Shown here piece after piece: positions 10,095 to 27,669 of a stretch of DNA of 64,000 bases. How positions within the stretch are numbered: position 1 is the stretch's first letter; the number at the start of each line of letters is the position of its first letter. The notes beneath the pieces are model-generated. The model had not been told where the DNA came from. It saw nothing but the letters and a program-made list of their open reading frames with translations, and ran no database searches. Source of the stretch: Marsupella aquatica (Eukaryota; Plantae; Marchantiophyta); contig OZ316897.1 of NCBI GenBank assembly GCA_973895155.1, positions 20,215,224 to 20,279,223 of the forward strand. The letters are read 5' to 3'. The position numbers were made by a program, and so were the translations under genes.

Positions 10095-13000
10095 GAGGTA
10101 TATGCTTGATGGGCCCTTTGGTGGAACTTTCTTACCTAATGGGCCCCTACAAAACAATTTTACCTAATAGGCCCCCTCTTAATGAGCCGTATGCACTGTT
10201 CTTGTGAGGTACCAAACTGTGTAGTTGACCACAACAAGCCTTACGTTGTACACTATGTGATTACGTTGAGTGGGGTGTACTTCTTGTTCTTGGTGTGACA
10301 AACAACAATGACTGAACAAACTTGAAAGCTTTTCTTGTAGCCGATGGGCATATAAAAGCTTTGCAAAAAATGTTAGAGTCTTCCAGGGAAAATCACTTGG
10401 CAACGCAAGCAAGGTCAACCACCCTGACCCTAGCAATGAGTGCATGTATCATTCTGAATGTGTCCTCCAAAAATGATAGTTACCTGCACTCATTGGTGGT
10501 ATGATGTAGTCCTTAGCCCGTTACATTTGGTGGTAGGTGGTACTCTTCTTAAAGTCTTCTTGGAAGCCATTGAGTAATTTTTTCAACGACACCTTCAAAT
10601 TTCTTGTTACTATTGGAGCCAATGTATCGCCCAACCAAACCGACTTCTTTGTTGGCCCTCTCCATTTGTGTTTTGATGTTGCACAAGTGTGTTTGAGATC
10701 ACATCCTATGATAATATGGGCCCGTATTTCTGCTTGCCGATGACAACAGACTGGAAATGGACAATACAAAGAAATTTCAACACCTTCTTCATCATAAGAT
10801 TCAGGTGGCCTGAATCTGGACATCTCCCAACACACTTCGGTTGCTAATGTGTTGCCTGATTTGTTGCCTGACTTGTTGCCAAGCAACTAGACACTTATAT
10901 GCTCGCTTATATGCTTGACAATTGCCCTAGGTCTAGTTGTGAGGGCTCTCTGGAGTGTGGTGGTCGCCCTGGGCTGCTTGCTCAGCATATTGTTTGGGTC
11001 AAGATCTCCCAAAGGAGCATGCACTTGCTTCAATCTTGGATCTTGTCATCTCTAGTATAGGCTTTTGAAACTGAAGGTCTTCCACCTACAAAACGCCCAT
11101 AGGTACATTGTAAAAAAAACCAAGAAGGCAACAAAGGACAACTGCTCTTGCCTGAATTGGTGAAAGCACTATCTTGAACACTTACCTCTTCTGGTGTGAG
11201 TATTGGTTGTGCATGTGTATTTTGTCTTTGTTTAGCACCCTTAGTTTTAGACCCTGAACCTTTGTCATGGAAGCCAATGTATTCCCCATATCGACTATCA
11301 TAGTGTCGATAGAGTTCATCTTCAGCTTGAAATTCCACTTCCTCTTCCTCTTCATCTTGAAGATCATCTTCAAATACGCCTTCACCTTCATCATCATCTT
11401 CAGGTTTAGGTTCCAAACCACCATTACATTCTCTTGGAGCAGTCTTAGGTGGAATCCTGGAGAATTGTCTTACAAGTTTGCTAAATCAACACACTCTAGT
11501 TTGAAAGTTTCTTTTACTTTTATATCTAGAAACCACATGACCATTCATCACAGCCCATGAACCTAAGCAACGGTCAAACTGTTCAAAATCACTTAATCGC
11601 TTGCCCAAGCAAAATCTGGCTGCCTCTACTTCCACTGCAAACAATGTTATACATACAACAGGAAGACAAAATGATTAACGTGCATCTACAATCCAGAAAA
11701 ACTACACCTTATAATTTATTTGGGTGTTTATAGAACTACTATAGTGTAGGGACACAAGACCAAATGAAATCAAGTGAAATGCTCCAAACTATTGTAGACA
11801 ATATAGATGCAATGTGGCAATTTAAATCACATGAACTTTCAAGATTGTACAGAAACTACATATGATCTAGGAGCCCGTCCAAGAGTTCAAAATATCATGG
11901 ATAATAACTTTGTATAGAATGTGTAAAAGCATAATTGGGGCAATCCATTTAGATAGTCAATTACCATGACTGGCAGATAACTCTCCACAACACATAGTAA
12001 TGCTTCATTTTGACAATTCACAAACACTAAAGATAGTCCTTTAAGGAAGAAAAATTATGTGGAAAGCAGAAGGATGTTGTACAAGCAGCTTGTGGACAAA
12101 ATACTTTATGTTTGCACATGCTTCTACAATCCAGAGAGAGTACATCTACTGATTTTTTGGGGGTCAGTGTAGCTACTACGAGGCAAGGACACAAGACAAA
12201 ATGAATTCAAGTGAAATGCTTCCACAGTCCACAAAAACACGCAATGCATTGAAGGAGTTTCAATAACATGAAATAGAAACACAACACATAGAGTATATAT
12301 TGCTCCATGTTGGCAATTCAAAATAACATAACTCTCCATAGAATGAAGGTAAACCTGATTTTTTTGCTTCTCCAAGGAGGCAGTCAAATTGACATAATTG
12401 ATATCATTCAGGCAGAGTAAAATACCACAGAGAAAACAATATAACACCCCACATTCAAACAATCATTCAAACCAAACTCGAACCTTGTTCAAGTCTCTTC
12501 CCATCCAAAATTGTTGTCAGGTTCTAAGTGTGTCTTCTTCTCCTTCCAACCCATGGTCTATTCTTTGGTGGCAGTCTGTCAACTTCAGGGATATCCACAT
12601 CACAAACGTCCCCTCTACACTAGAGATGGAGTCTATGATCATCCTAAAAGCGGATCTTCATCACTTGACATGTTCATGGATGTGCTCAATCAAGTATGAA
12701 ATATTCACTATGGACATTGGAATGCGGAGAGCTTGAATGAGGACATGACAGTGCTTTCACAGACAATCCACTCATCCAACACAAGCAAGTGCCCATTGCC
12801 CAATGATAGGAAATGTGAAAGTGGAAGTTTTGTGGATGAGAGCGATCGCACACAGAAGTCATGTGGAAGAGAGCGGCCGCACAAGTCCTCGGTCCTCTGC
12901 ATTGACACTTGCAGATAAAAAAGTCATGAAAGCAAACCTAATGACTATCCCAAAGACATAATCCATATTGTCCTCAAATCACACTTTGGGTAGTGGCGGC

Positions 13001-13269
13001 GGCTCTTTGCAGTTCTCCTTGATCGCGTGGTTTGACATTTTTGTTTGACCATGTAGGGTTACTTGGGTTGCACTGTTTACAGCTATGGTTCACCACAATG
13101 TTCCTTGGAAACATAGTTGATCACTCCATGAAGCAAAAATTTGTTACAATGCCTGCTACAAGAACATTTGATGGAAAATTGTGACAAAGGGCCTATTAGG
13201 TAAGAAAAGTTTTGTAGGGGTCCACCAAGTAAAAAACTTCCACTAGAGGGCCCATCAAGCATACATCTC
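10095..13269. mobile_element. Second, older MULE (internally deleted) with ~85-bp TIRs and an imperfect 10-bp TSD
   Basis: Left end GAGGTATATGCTTGATGGGCCCT...CCTACAAAAC...TTACCTAATAGGCCC matches the reverse complement of 13187-13269 (GAGATGTATGCTTGATGGGCCCT...). Flanks are GTTTTTTTCT (10085-10094) and GTTTGTTTCT (13270-13279). Confidence 0.85.
10500..11416 (-). pseudogene. Truncated MuDR-like transposase N-terminal fragment with upstream acidic region
   Basis: YCPFPVCC...LKHTC...WLGDTLAPIV...STTYHQM*RAKDY resembles the MURA CP..HTC..SY..AWRAK region. An acidic EDDDEGE tract lies upstream. No DDE core is visible. Confidence 0.6.
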
Positions 13270-14536
13270 GTTTGTTTCTTGTTGAGAATATCATTGTTCC
13301 TCTCAATTTGTGACTGAGCGTGATAAAGTGGCTCAATATGGTGCTAGGGATTTTAGAAGGAGCTTGGGTCCATAAAAATTATAGTAAATTATTCTCAGTA
13401 CCTTAATTCTCCTTTGTCGCTAGCTGAAAAACTTTGTGACAAACGGGTCTCCACCAGAACATGGAGTAAAAAACCTACTATTTATTTATTTTCAAATGTG
13501 GCGTAGGAACTACCAATATTGAGTATCCCATTGGAGACTAGCTTGTTAGATTTGGGAAGCAGAGGTCCCATGTACGTTTGAAGCTTGGGTGAGCTCCTTT
13601 TGTGTAGTTTTATTGGTATTTGCAAGTTGAAGCTGGTCCCCTATGACTGCACCCTCCCTTTGTCCCTTTGAATGAAAGAGTGCATCCTAGGAGTATGGTG
13701 GTGCGACAAAAGAGTGCATGCAAGAGGATTTTTGGGTGCCAAGGAGATTGTTTTGGGGGTGGAGGTCAGACACTGCCACTCTAATGGCAGGACCTAGGTT
13801 CTATGGCAAGCTCAGGTCAATGCTATGCACTCAACTCCTTATCATTTTGGTCTGTGATTTGAAAACAGTTTGCTTTGGGGAAATGCCATTTTCATGCTAA
13901 ATTAGGTGGCAAACACATGTTTAGGCTTAGTGCCAATGAGATGCTATCCAGATTCTATACTCATATCCTTTTCATGTATCATCTAGTCTTCAGTACATAT
14001 ATCTGGTTCACCTTCACTCCTGACATTGACTAATTAAATTAGAGACAAGAGGTAGATTTATTAGATTGGGTTTTAGAAGAACATTATAATTCTAGAAATC
14101 TAAAACCCTAAATATTTTCCAAGACAAGAGCTTCTTCCTTTAGTGCCATTACAAAGATATTAATTTATATCATATTTCATAAAAAAATAAAAAATTAGTA
14201 GGGTTTTGAGTATATTGGTATTGATATGAATTCACTACAAAATTTAACTTCTTAAAATGAAAACTAATATTAGTAGGCTTTTGGATATATCGGTTTTGAT
14301 ATGAATTTACTACAAATTTTAATTTGAGATGTCAAAGGTAAGTCACACATTTCTCATGAAAATAACTTTAATTACATGTTTTTTTAGGTTAAATTATTAC
14401 TGTTTATACAATGATATATATAAAAACTATTGGTTAGCCCGATGAAATAACACCTTGATGAGCATTTTCAACTTCTGTCAGATTAAGTACACTTGATGCA
14501 TGCTTTCATTTCAATGCATTTACAATTAGATATTAA

Positions 14537-14717
14537 TTTGGCTTTTGGTGTTCAATTTGTTTTCACTAAAATTTCAGAGGTATTTGGCTTTTGGTGTTCA
14601 ATTTGTTTTCACAAAAATTTCAGAGGTATTTGGGTTTTGGTGTTCAATTTGTTTTCACTAAAATTTCAGAGGTATTTGGCTTTTGGTGTTCAATTTGTTT
14701 TCACTAAAATTTCAGAG
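14537..14717. repeat. 46-bp tandem repeat, ~4 copies
   Basis: tttggcttttggtgttcaatttgttttcactaaaatttcagaggta starts at 14537, 14583, 14629 and 14675. Confidence 0.95.
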
Positions 14718-14720
14718 CTA

Positions 14721-15302
14721 CCGTCTTCCCCCGAACACAGCGCTCGGGCGTTGTGTTTGAAAGTTGAATTTTAGTCTTGGTAAGAAAAAGTAGTTTCAAC
14801 TCGATCACAACGTCATTTTAACACAATGCTCGGGCATTGTGTTCGAATAAGGCATTGTGTTTGAATGTTTGATAACATTCACATCTTGACAACAATGCTA
14901 GGAGCAATTTCTGGAGCAATATTGCTCACACATACTCAATTGAAATGACATTTGACAGCTCTGCAAATAGTTACATCCATGTGCAAATGTAGTAGAAATC
15001 AGAGAATGATTTTCTAAGCCCTTATTCTATTTTGTCTCACCAAATTTGGCCAGGACTGAAATGGTCTGGAAGCATTAGCCTTTCATTCCTACTTACACCA
15101 TATATTCTATGCCTATCATTCCTGCTTACATCCTAAATTCATCACAATGCCTAAATTCAAACACAACGCCACAAGGTAAAAAAAATTCCAAAACATAGTG
15201 TCAAAATTCAAACACAATGCCCTGGGCGCACTATTCAAATATAACACCCCATGGCCCACTATTCGAATATAGTGCCTAGGTGCTGTGTTCGAGGGAAGAT
15301 GA
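14721..15302. mobile_element. Tc1/mariner-superfamily-like MITE (TA TSD, TIR starting CCGT)
   Basis: TA|CCGTCTTCCCCCGAACACAGC at 14721 pairs with GCTGTGTTCGAGGGAAGATGA|TA ending at 15302. Subterminal aacacaa/ttgtgtt motifs are repeated and there is no ORF. Confidence 0.75.
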
Positions 15303-15690
15303 TAGCAACTGCAATCCCTTAGTTCACGTGAGACCTATGAAAAAATATATATTTGACTAGGATGAATGAATTACAATCATTTGCTGGTATTTTTACAATG
15401 AACATTCTGGAAAACAAAGCCCAGATGGACCAAGCACATGAACATGCGGTCTTCCATGGACTTTACATATGTGATAGTAAAATGAAGTCACATAAATACA
15501 TGATAGTATAGAGAAGGGCTGTATGGATGGACAGACAGACTTTCCGTTAGCCATAATTAGGATCGGTTAGTCTTGAGCACCTTGGAACACACACAATCCT
15601 TCCTGCTATATTCCCCCTCCTATGCTGAGAAACACTCTTGACCATGACCACAAAGCTCTAGGGTGAATCATCAGGTAAGGAGCCTTGTAC

Positions 15691-16168
15691 TGTTAGATAA
15701 CATGACGTGTGACATTTTTATAAGATTCCTCTGAACATTGCAATGGATAGACTCCCTATTGTGTTAGGATTTACTCTTAAGTCTAGAGTAACGACTGTAC
15801 CATAGTTAAGGCTAACCTTAGTTGCAGACTTGGTTAGGTTAGTCATGCTGTGCACACTCTATACCCAAGACCCAAGCGGTGTTTGCTTGGAGAGTGAGAA
15901 CTCAAGCTCATTGTTACGGAGCTAGTTGAGAGATAGGGAGAGCTTGCGCTGTGAGTGCTTGGTATAGCCGATCGGCTTAGAGTGCAGTAAAGCTCTTGTG
16001 TGTTCCCGTGGACGTAGCCTCATGTGGAGGTGACCCACATATCTCTTTGTGTCGACTCTTGTGCGTTGGATGATTCATGGGCTTGCCGTTGCGATTGTCG
16101 TCTATGCTCAACATACTGTAGCCGGTGTGCACCTATTTACAAGTCACAATTTAAACAAAATTGTAACA
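15691..16168 (+). mobile_element. Probable solo LTR (copia-like)
   Basis: TGTTA...TAACA inverted ends and an internal TTCCCGTGGACGTAGCC...GGTGACCCAC motif common in plant copia LTRs. No matching TSD was found, so the boundaries are uncertain. Confidence 0.55.
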
Positions 16169-17589
16169 CATGTTATTTCAGTTTTTCCTGATGTATTGCT
16201 TCAATCCATTGGGGTTCTCAAAGTTCACGAGGGCTTTTAGACAAAGTGGTCAGTCCATCCGGGCTTCCTTTTCGAACATTCTGAGATCTCATTCAAATTC
16301 AAAAGTTTGGATGAGGATTTTATCTAAACTTTAAGCTGTCAAAATTGTTTGTAAATACATGAGACCTCATCTATGATGCCACCTGGGCCATATATAATGT
16401 CCTAGGTCCACAAAATATGTGTGTGAAATCATTGTGCCTATTTTGGTGGTACACAAAGTTGGTTCAATTGTATCTATCTATCCATCTTTGTTTCTTGACC
16501 TAGTGGTTCTCACCCAATTTTCATCTATCTGGAATATATTATTAATTAATTTTATTTCCAGCCCTTTTAGTATTGTAGTCCACTAGTCGGGAACCTGCCT
16601 TGCCATGGGAGGTCACGAGGTCATGCTTGACAGGGGGTGGCAGATGTACCCTTCAAGTTTTTTAATGTTACCTAAACCCATGTTACAAATCTAGGATGTC
16701 CAGCCCCTGCTTCACACAGTTGCACCTGGTGGGAGGACCTGGAACATAACTGTAGCGACCAACCAATTGGTGCCCACATCATGTTTTCTAAGGATGAATG
16801 GGGTTCCATGAAGAAAAATCCTGGTCGGGGTTTGACATTCCTAGCCATAGTGGAGGGAGCTGGGTTCCACGGCTGACCCAGGTTCTGACTAATAGGTTCT
16901 ATCCATCTACAGTGTCGTCTTGTCAGGAGTCTACTGTTGTCCATACTCTTCATCCATGGCAACATAAATAAACCCTCCTTGTGAATCTTCTTTTGTATTG
17001 TCATGAAAGTTTATAGGCTACATCCCCCTTGGCAGCCTGGCAATGAGATTCCCTGATTTAAATCTGTGTGTTACTGACTTTGATCAAGTTCACAACTCCT
17101 CCATGACACTAAATTTCCAATGTTCACTCATCATGTTTATGCTTAATAAGAGCATCCACAACAGTTGAGGTATAGCAACAGAGTGCCATCTGGTGCTGTT
17201 TAGCAGATGACGTAAGTTTCGATCGTCTAAGGCATGAAGGTGCTGTGCAGGGTTTGCACTGGTGCCCTCCTTTTGGACCATGAATGAACTTGATCGCAAA
17301 TGAAGCCTGTCAACAGCAAACAATGTGACATAGGACCACAAAAAGAATATGTTTGGACTCGCCCAGATGCAAACATGTGCTATTCTATGGGTGCAAATTG
17401 GTTTTGCCAGGCCAGGAAAAACTTTTTTCCCCACGTGGAATTTGTGGCCAAACTCTAGGTCTGGATATGAAATATTCTTGTAGCTGGGAATATGTTTGAG
17501 GATGCAAGGCACCGGTGCAAGATCAAATTTGCTTTCACACAAAAATGATGTTTTGTGCTCGCCCGACCCAATTTAGGGCACCAACACCA

Positions 17590-18290
17590 ACCATCTAACC
17601 CATCCCCTCGTCAGGGGCGCTGGCCCATAACCCTTCAGCCTGACTGCTCTTGGGGATTACAACCCATAACCCCCTCCTATCTATTTTCCTTTACAGTTCC
17701 AAGGGAGGTCCCCAGCCATAAAAACCCTTGCCAGCTTGGCCAGATGGTTCCAAGTCTAATGATCCTCAGCCAGCCTTGTTGAGTCTCACAATTTCTAAAT
17801 TTTATATGAAGAAAAGAGGGTCAGGGGTTACACTTTCTAACCTATGGCCTGTTTGGAGGCCATAGCACTAACCCTCTCAAGACTTTACAACCCATAACCC
17901 CCTCGGATTGCTAACCCATGGCCATGGCTTTAACCTGGCACACTGTGCTTGCGAATCACAGACCACAACCCCTCCAGGTCATGAGTTCCAAATCCAATAA
18001 TCCTCAGCCAGCCTCCTAAAGTCTCAAAATTTCAAAAATGTATATGATGAAAGATTGTTAGGCACTACACTTGCAAACTCATGGCCTGTTGGGAGTCCAT
18101 GATTCTAACCCAGCTGGGAATCACAGCCCATAACCCTTCCAGGTGCTAACCCATGGCCTGTTTGGAGGCCACAAGTCTAACCCCCTCAGGCTCCCTGCCC
18201 TTGGGAATCACAACCCACAACCCACAACCCCCTCAAGGCCATGGGTTACCCTACACTAAACCATGGGTTACCCCACACTAAACCCTAAAT
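17590..18290. repeat. Degenerate repeat array (aacccataacccc / ccatggcctgtttggaggcc motifs, with a ~237-bp duplication); likely a transposon subterminal region
   Basis: atcctcagccagcct...gtctca.aatttc.aa...tatatga occurs at ~17762 and ~18000. ccatgggttacc..acactaaa occurs twice at 18239-18282. Confidence 0.6.
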
Positions 18291-19150
18291 GGCAGCATCA
18301 GAGAAAACAACCACCTCTCGTCTCCAGCTCCCGGTTTCCCAGCAACGCTTATCCAACCTTTAAAGTATCATTGAGGAGTGACAAATCATACCTTATTAAG
18401 TATTAACCCTTTTATTTTGACCCACCACTGCCCATGCCCCCATGTGGCTGCCTTGTGTGCCGAAGGACTTTCCCACCTTGCGTTGCTTTGCGTTGAATTG
18501 TATGGAGCTCTGAGTTTAGGATAGAGGCTCACGGATTGGCGAACAAGACCCAGTTCTCCAGAACCCAACAATGTCTGCGCTTGAGCCGGAAAAAAAATCA
18601 AAATTGGGGAGCGTTTGTGTCGAGAGCTGTCGACGAATGCCACTCACGCTCTCGTAGTCGCCACTGGGTTCTCGTTGCCGCACCTCCTGCACCCTGATAT
18701 GCCGAAGGACTCGCGGGCTGACGCCCAATCCTTGCATTGCTTGGAGCAGTGAGTCGATGAGAAGCGGAGGTCGACGATCTCAGTAGGCTGCTGCTCGAGA
18801 GGAAAAAACGGCGGAATGGGCTTGCTGGGGCTGAGGTTCTGCGTACACTAGGAGCACGAGAATCAGCCGAGCGACGAGGCTTTGCATTCGGCCAAGAAGA
18901 GCATTCGGAGTGGAGCAGCGCAGGGGTTGCGACTCTGTTAGCATTTCGTTGCAGCTGGTGCTGGTGCTGGTGGTGATGGCCGCGGTTTCAGCTACGATCG
19001 TCGGTGCTGCTCTGAGATCGGTTGCTGCGCGGCAGACGGCTTCGACCTAGGAGTGGATCTCGATCGGAGGCCATAGCGGAGCGCTCCTCTGAGAGGTCGA
19101 GGACTCGCGGAAGGGCCTTGGGAGGGGAGGGGAGGCGGTGGCGGAGCGCC

Positions 19151-24093
<4,943 letters not shown>

Positions 24094-25399
24094 ATACGAT
24101 GTGTTTGAAATTGAGAAAATCCATGCTAAAGGTTGTATGGTGCTGCTCCTTGAGGAAAGTACGTTGGGATTGCTTGCTTTCACGATTGAATTGTAAGCCA
24201 GGGACAGTTTTGACGAAAAGATCGAAGTGTTTTTAACACGAGTAAAATATCTTCTCTAGTTCGAAATTGTAGCCTTCAGGAGCTTGAGTGATTCTAGACC
24301 ATCAGGAGTTTCGGGACCACAAGATGTCAGAACATTTTGCCCATTAGGGGAAAAATTCCAGCCAACTGTATTCATATGCCACAGGTAGATTCGCCATCAA
24401 TTCAGCTGCTTGTAGATGTTGATGCTTAAAAATAATAGAGCTCACAGCTGCTTGACATTTTGTGATAACCATTTGCCAGAGGCTCCATTCGATAGGATGG
24501 TCCTGCCTCCATTAAAGAAGCAGGCTGTTGGGGGACCGATCTTGTGTACCGTGTTGGCCCATGTTTTGCGAAGTAAATAGATCTGACGTTGGTTGTCAGG
24601 TCTGTTTGGTCCTACCACATACACTCATTGCGTAAGATCAGAACTTAAGTGTTAAGAGCTATCAAATGTTGACAAATGGTTTGGTATATTCTCGAACCAA
24701 TGCAAGTAGTAAGTACAGGCAATCGTAAATTCTCCAGAGGTCAATGCCAGCGTGTTCAGCACCTTCGTTGTGCATTAAAATTATTCAACGGAAGTGATGG
24801 CCCAATTTGCAGCTAGGTCCTTCTGCTAGAAGCCGGTGTAAGGTTACTTTATGGTCAATCGTTGAAGGTGTTGTAAGTATGATTCTAGGAACAGTTTCTG
24901 GTTTTCTTCCTTGCCTTGTATTCCAGGTTCTGCAAATTTCACCTACATGTCTACTGGTCTGAAGAAGCAACTGGAACTTAGGCTGATTGCACCATTGACA
25001 CATATGGTTCTGAAGATGTTGGGTTCGCAGCAGGTGGCTCTTGCTCAACAAAGGGACCACGGATTTGACACGTGGACAAGATGATGGCATTGACGTCGTC
25101 TATTGGTAGACGTTGATGTCTTCCAGTATTATGTATGGTGGTCCGTCAGCCGGACTCCCTAGTCTCACGTTATGGTCAACGTGTGGACTGTTCACCAGAG
25201 AATGAGTCTTAAATCAACAAAAGATTGCGAGTCTGTACAAGATGCCATTTTGCTTATGTAAACAATCCCTACCTGATGAGTAACTCGAATAAAAACTTGC
25301 GCAAGCGTTGGACAGTTCTTATAACATTCATGTGCAACAATGGCTGGTAATTTTATCCGTTATGTTACGTGTAGTGCTTTCTTAAGTTACACTTCCCAA

Positions 25400-26520
25400 A
25401 GAGAATCTGGTACTCCGGTACGTTCTCAGAAGAGAGCTTAATCCATTAAGCAGACACCAATTATCTCTCTAAAAATCACTGTTGTACTTTTGATGGGATA
25501 CTCGAGCTTTGATGCATGGGAAGCGTGTGACTTCGTGTTCCATTAGCTCACCTTCTTCCGCTACAGACTGGAAACGGAACGGCACTTCATTTAAGAATTT
25601 CTGTTGCAGAAAATGTTTCAATTCCTGTCCATCCTAGAGCAATGTTGGTGTACTGAATTGAGGAGGCAGTGTCGCCACCCTCGTTCTACATCCTGGGGAG
25701 ACCTTTTCTCCCATCCGCATCACTATTTCTCATCGACATGATCTGACTACGCCGAGTTCCTTGACGAAATCAATCCGACCGCAAAAGGAATCGCTCAAAA
25801 GGCCGCAACTCAGGAGTCATTTCGGGTGCCTGTCCAGTTACATTCATCATCTACTGTAACTGTTTTCCATGTACGTGCACAAAGTGAGGGGATGGTGGGC
25901 ACTGGGGAGAAACCGAGGTTTGCTTAGTGAGACTAGGGAGAAGCCGAGGTTTGCGTAGTGCAGTTTATAGTTTATGACAAGAGAAATGGTGAACAGACCA
26001 CTTTTGGAGAGTGTTTTCTACTTTTGATGTTTGATTAAAGAGGTCATCCTGTGCTTCAAGCTGGTTACAGCACTCTCTTGCTTTCTCAGGAGAGAAACAT
26101 GCTCTCCTCTGGAAGGCCTCGGGTGTATACATCCCGGAAAGCACTCTCGGCAGTGCTTACTCCACAGTTCATAGGTTTTACATCCATTCATCCACTTCCC
26201 AAAACAGAAATCAAGTGTGATGCAAAACGAGGGGAAGGGAGAGTTTCTGATTTCGAGAGACGAGAGGTAACCAAGTTCGTCCGGTAACCTCCTCAGCATT
26301 TTCGCCCGAACAGTTAGTTTCCTCAGAGCTGTCCTATACTCACAGGGACCCTCTGCAACATGTGCGCTTCTATAAACCAATCTTCCAGTGAAGAGAGGTT
26401 TCCAAATTGTCCGGTAGCTCCTCAAGGTGGTCGGGTACTTCTATGGTTACCCTCTTCAGAACCTAGAGCAGACAAACATTATCTAGTAATCTTTGTAAGT
26501 GTCTGCAGACAGGTTTTAGC
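25400..26520 (-). pseudogene. Degenerate 3' LRR remnant of an HNL paralog
   Basis: 26250-26510 aligns by eye with HNL2 55020-55290 (ttccagtgaagagaggtt.ccaaa.tgtccggt.gctcctc.aggtgg) and reads LRKLTVRAKMLRRLPDELGYLSSLEI. 25620-25675 resembles the conserved C..L..SV...LGW tail. Confidence 0.7.
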
Positions 26521-26695
26521 CTCAGAAGGTTCAAATAATTCGATGGTCTGAATGAACCTCAAATCCAACGCCACTGTGATGGCGTCGCTGGATTTCAGGA
26601 ATGTCGAGCCCGGCATCATTTGACAGTCCATGGCTAAAGTGAAACAACTCAGGTCGGAGACCTGGAATCAGAATCTCATGATTCCAACTCCACAT

Positions 26696-26772
26696 GTTAC
26701 AAACTGATGATTGTAGGTTCTTCGGTTCGGTCACGTTACAAACTGATGATTGTAGGTTCTTCGGTTCAGTCA
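26696..26772. repeat. 39-bp tandem repeat x2
   Basis: gttacaaactgatgattgtaggttcttcggttc.gtca occurs twice. Confidence 0.9.
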
Positions 26773-27669
26773 ACCGGGGGCGCTCTCCTCAGTGGACATT
26801 TCCTTCAAGAAGACCTTTGCCAGACCGCATTGGACATAGACATCCAGCCCAAACTTTTCAGCACTAGGTGAGCGAATAGGGGACACCGAACAACGATAAC
26901 TCGCATTGCCTCCTACTTTCTTTCAAGGTAGGTTCAGAAAGTGGCGACGGGTGATGTCCCCCTCTATTCCATAGGTTTGCAAAGACCATCGATTTGGAGC
27001 CCCTTAAGCATCATGTGTTCCTGAAGTAAACTAAATACTCATCCTGAAACTTGACCATCCCGTCGGGAGTAAGTAAAGCTGAACTTCAGGACCGGAAAGA
27101 CGAACCACGACATCGAGGAGAGAAATTGATACAAAGCAAAAACATGTGACCATGCTGACGTGTAATTATAGTCCATGCCTGGGTTAGAACTCTCGTTGCC
27201 CAGAGCTCATCGTCGTCGCCTGAAAAATGCTGTCGATGCTCAAAATCAATCGTTGTACTAACACGAATAGTAACCTGAAAGTGGATGATCTATCTCAAAT
27301 ACAACGATCAATGCAGCAGGAGAGTGCAGAAAGTACTAAAAAAAACCGAAGGTCGTTGGAATCAACTGCCTGACCGGAGCACTACAAACGGTGGACAATT
27401 CAGTACTACGACAACATCAATACCAAAGCCCAAAATTTAGAGTCGGGAACTCTATTGACAGGTTGTTGAGAGGATGATGGTCCTGAACGAACCTCAAATC
27501 CCGAGAGACTGAGGTTTCACTAGATTTTAGGAATGTGCACTTCAGCATCGTGGGACATTCTTCCAACTGCGTATCAACTTCTTCGATACAATCAATAGAA
27601 AATCTCGCACAAGTAATGGAATTGCGACGACTGAGTGAACAAATGACGATTGCATCGTCTTCGCTTGAG

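Noticed and set aside
14537-14717. Regular 46-bp repeats suggesting a CRISPR array
   Set aside because: The units are contiguous with no unique spacers, there are no cas genes, and the context is eukaryotic.
16360-17560. ORF fragments that might be a transposase remnant
   Set aside because: No diagnostic motif or termini could be recognised by eye.
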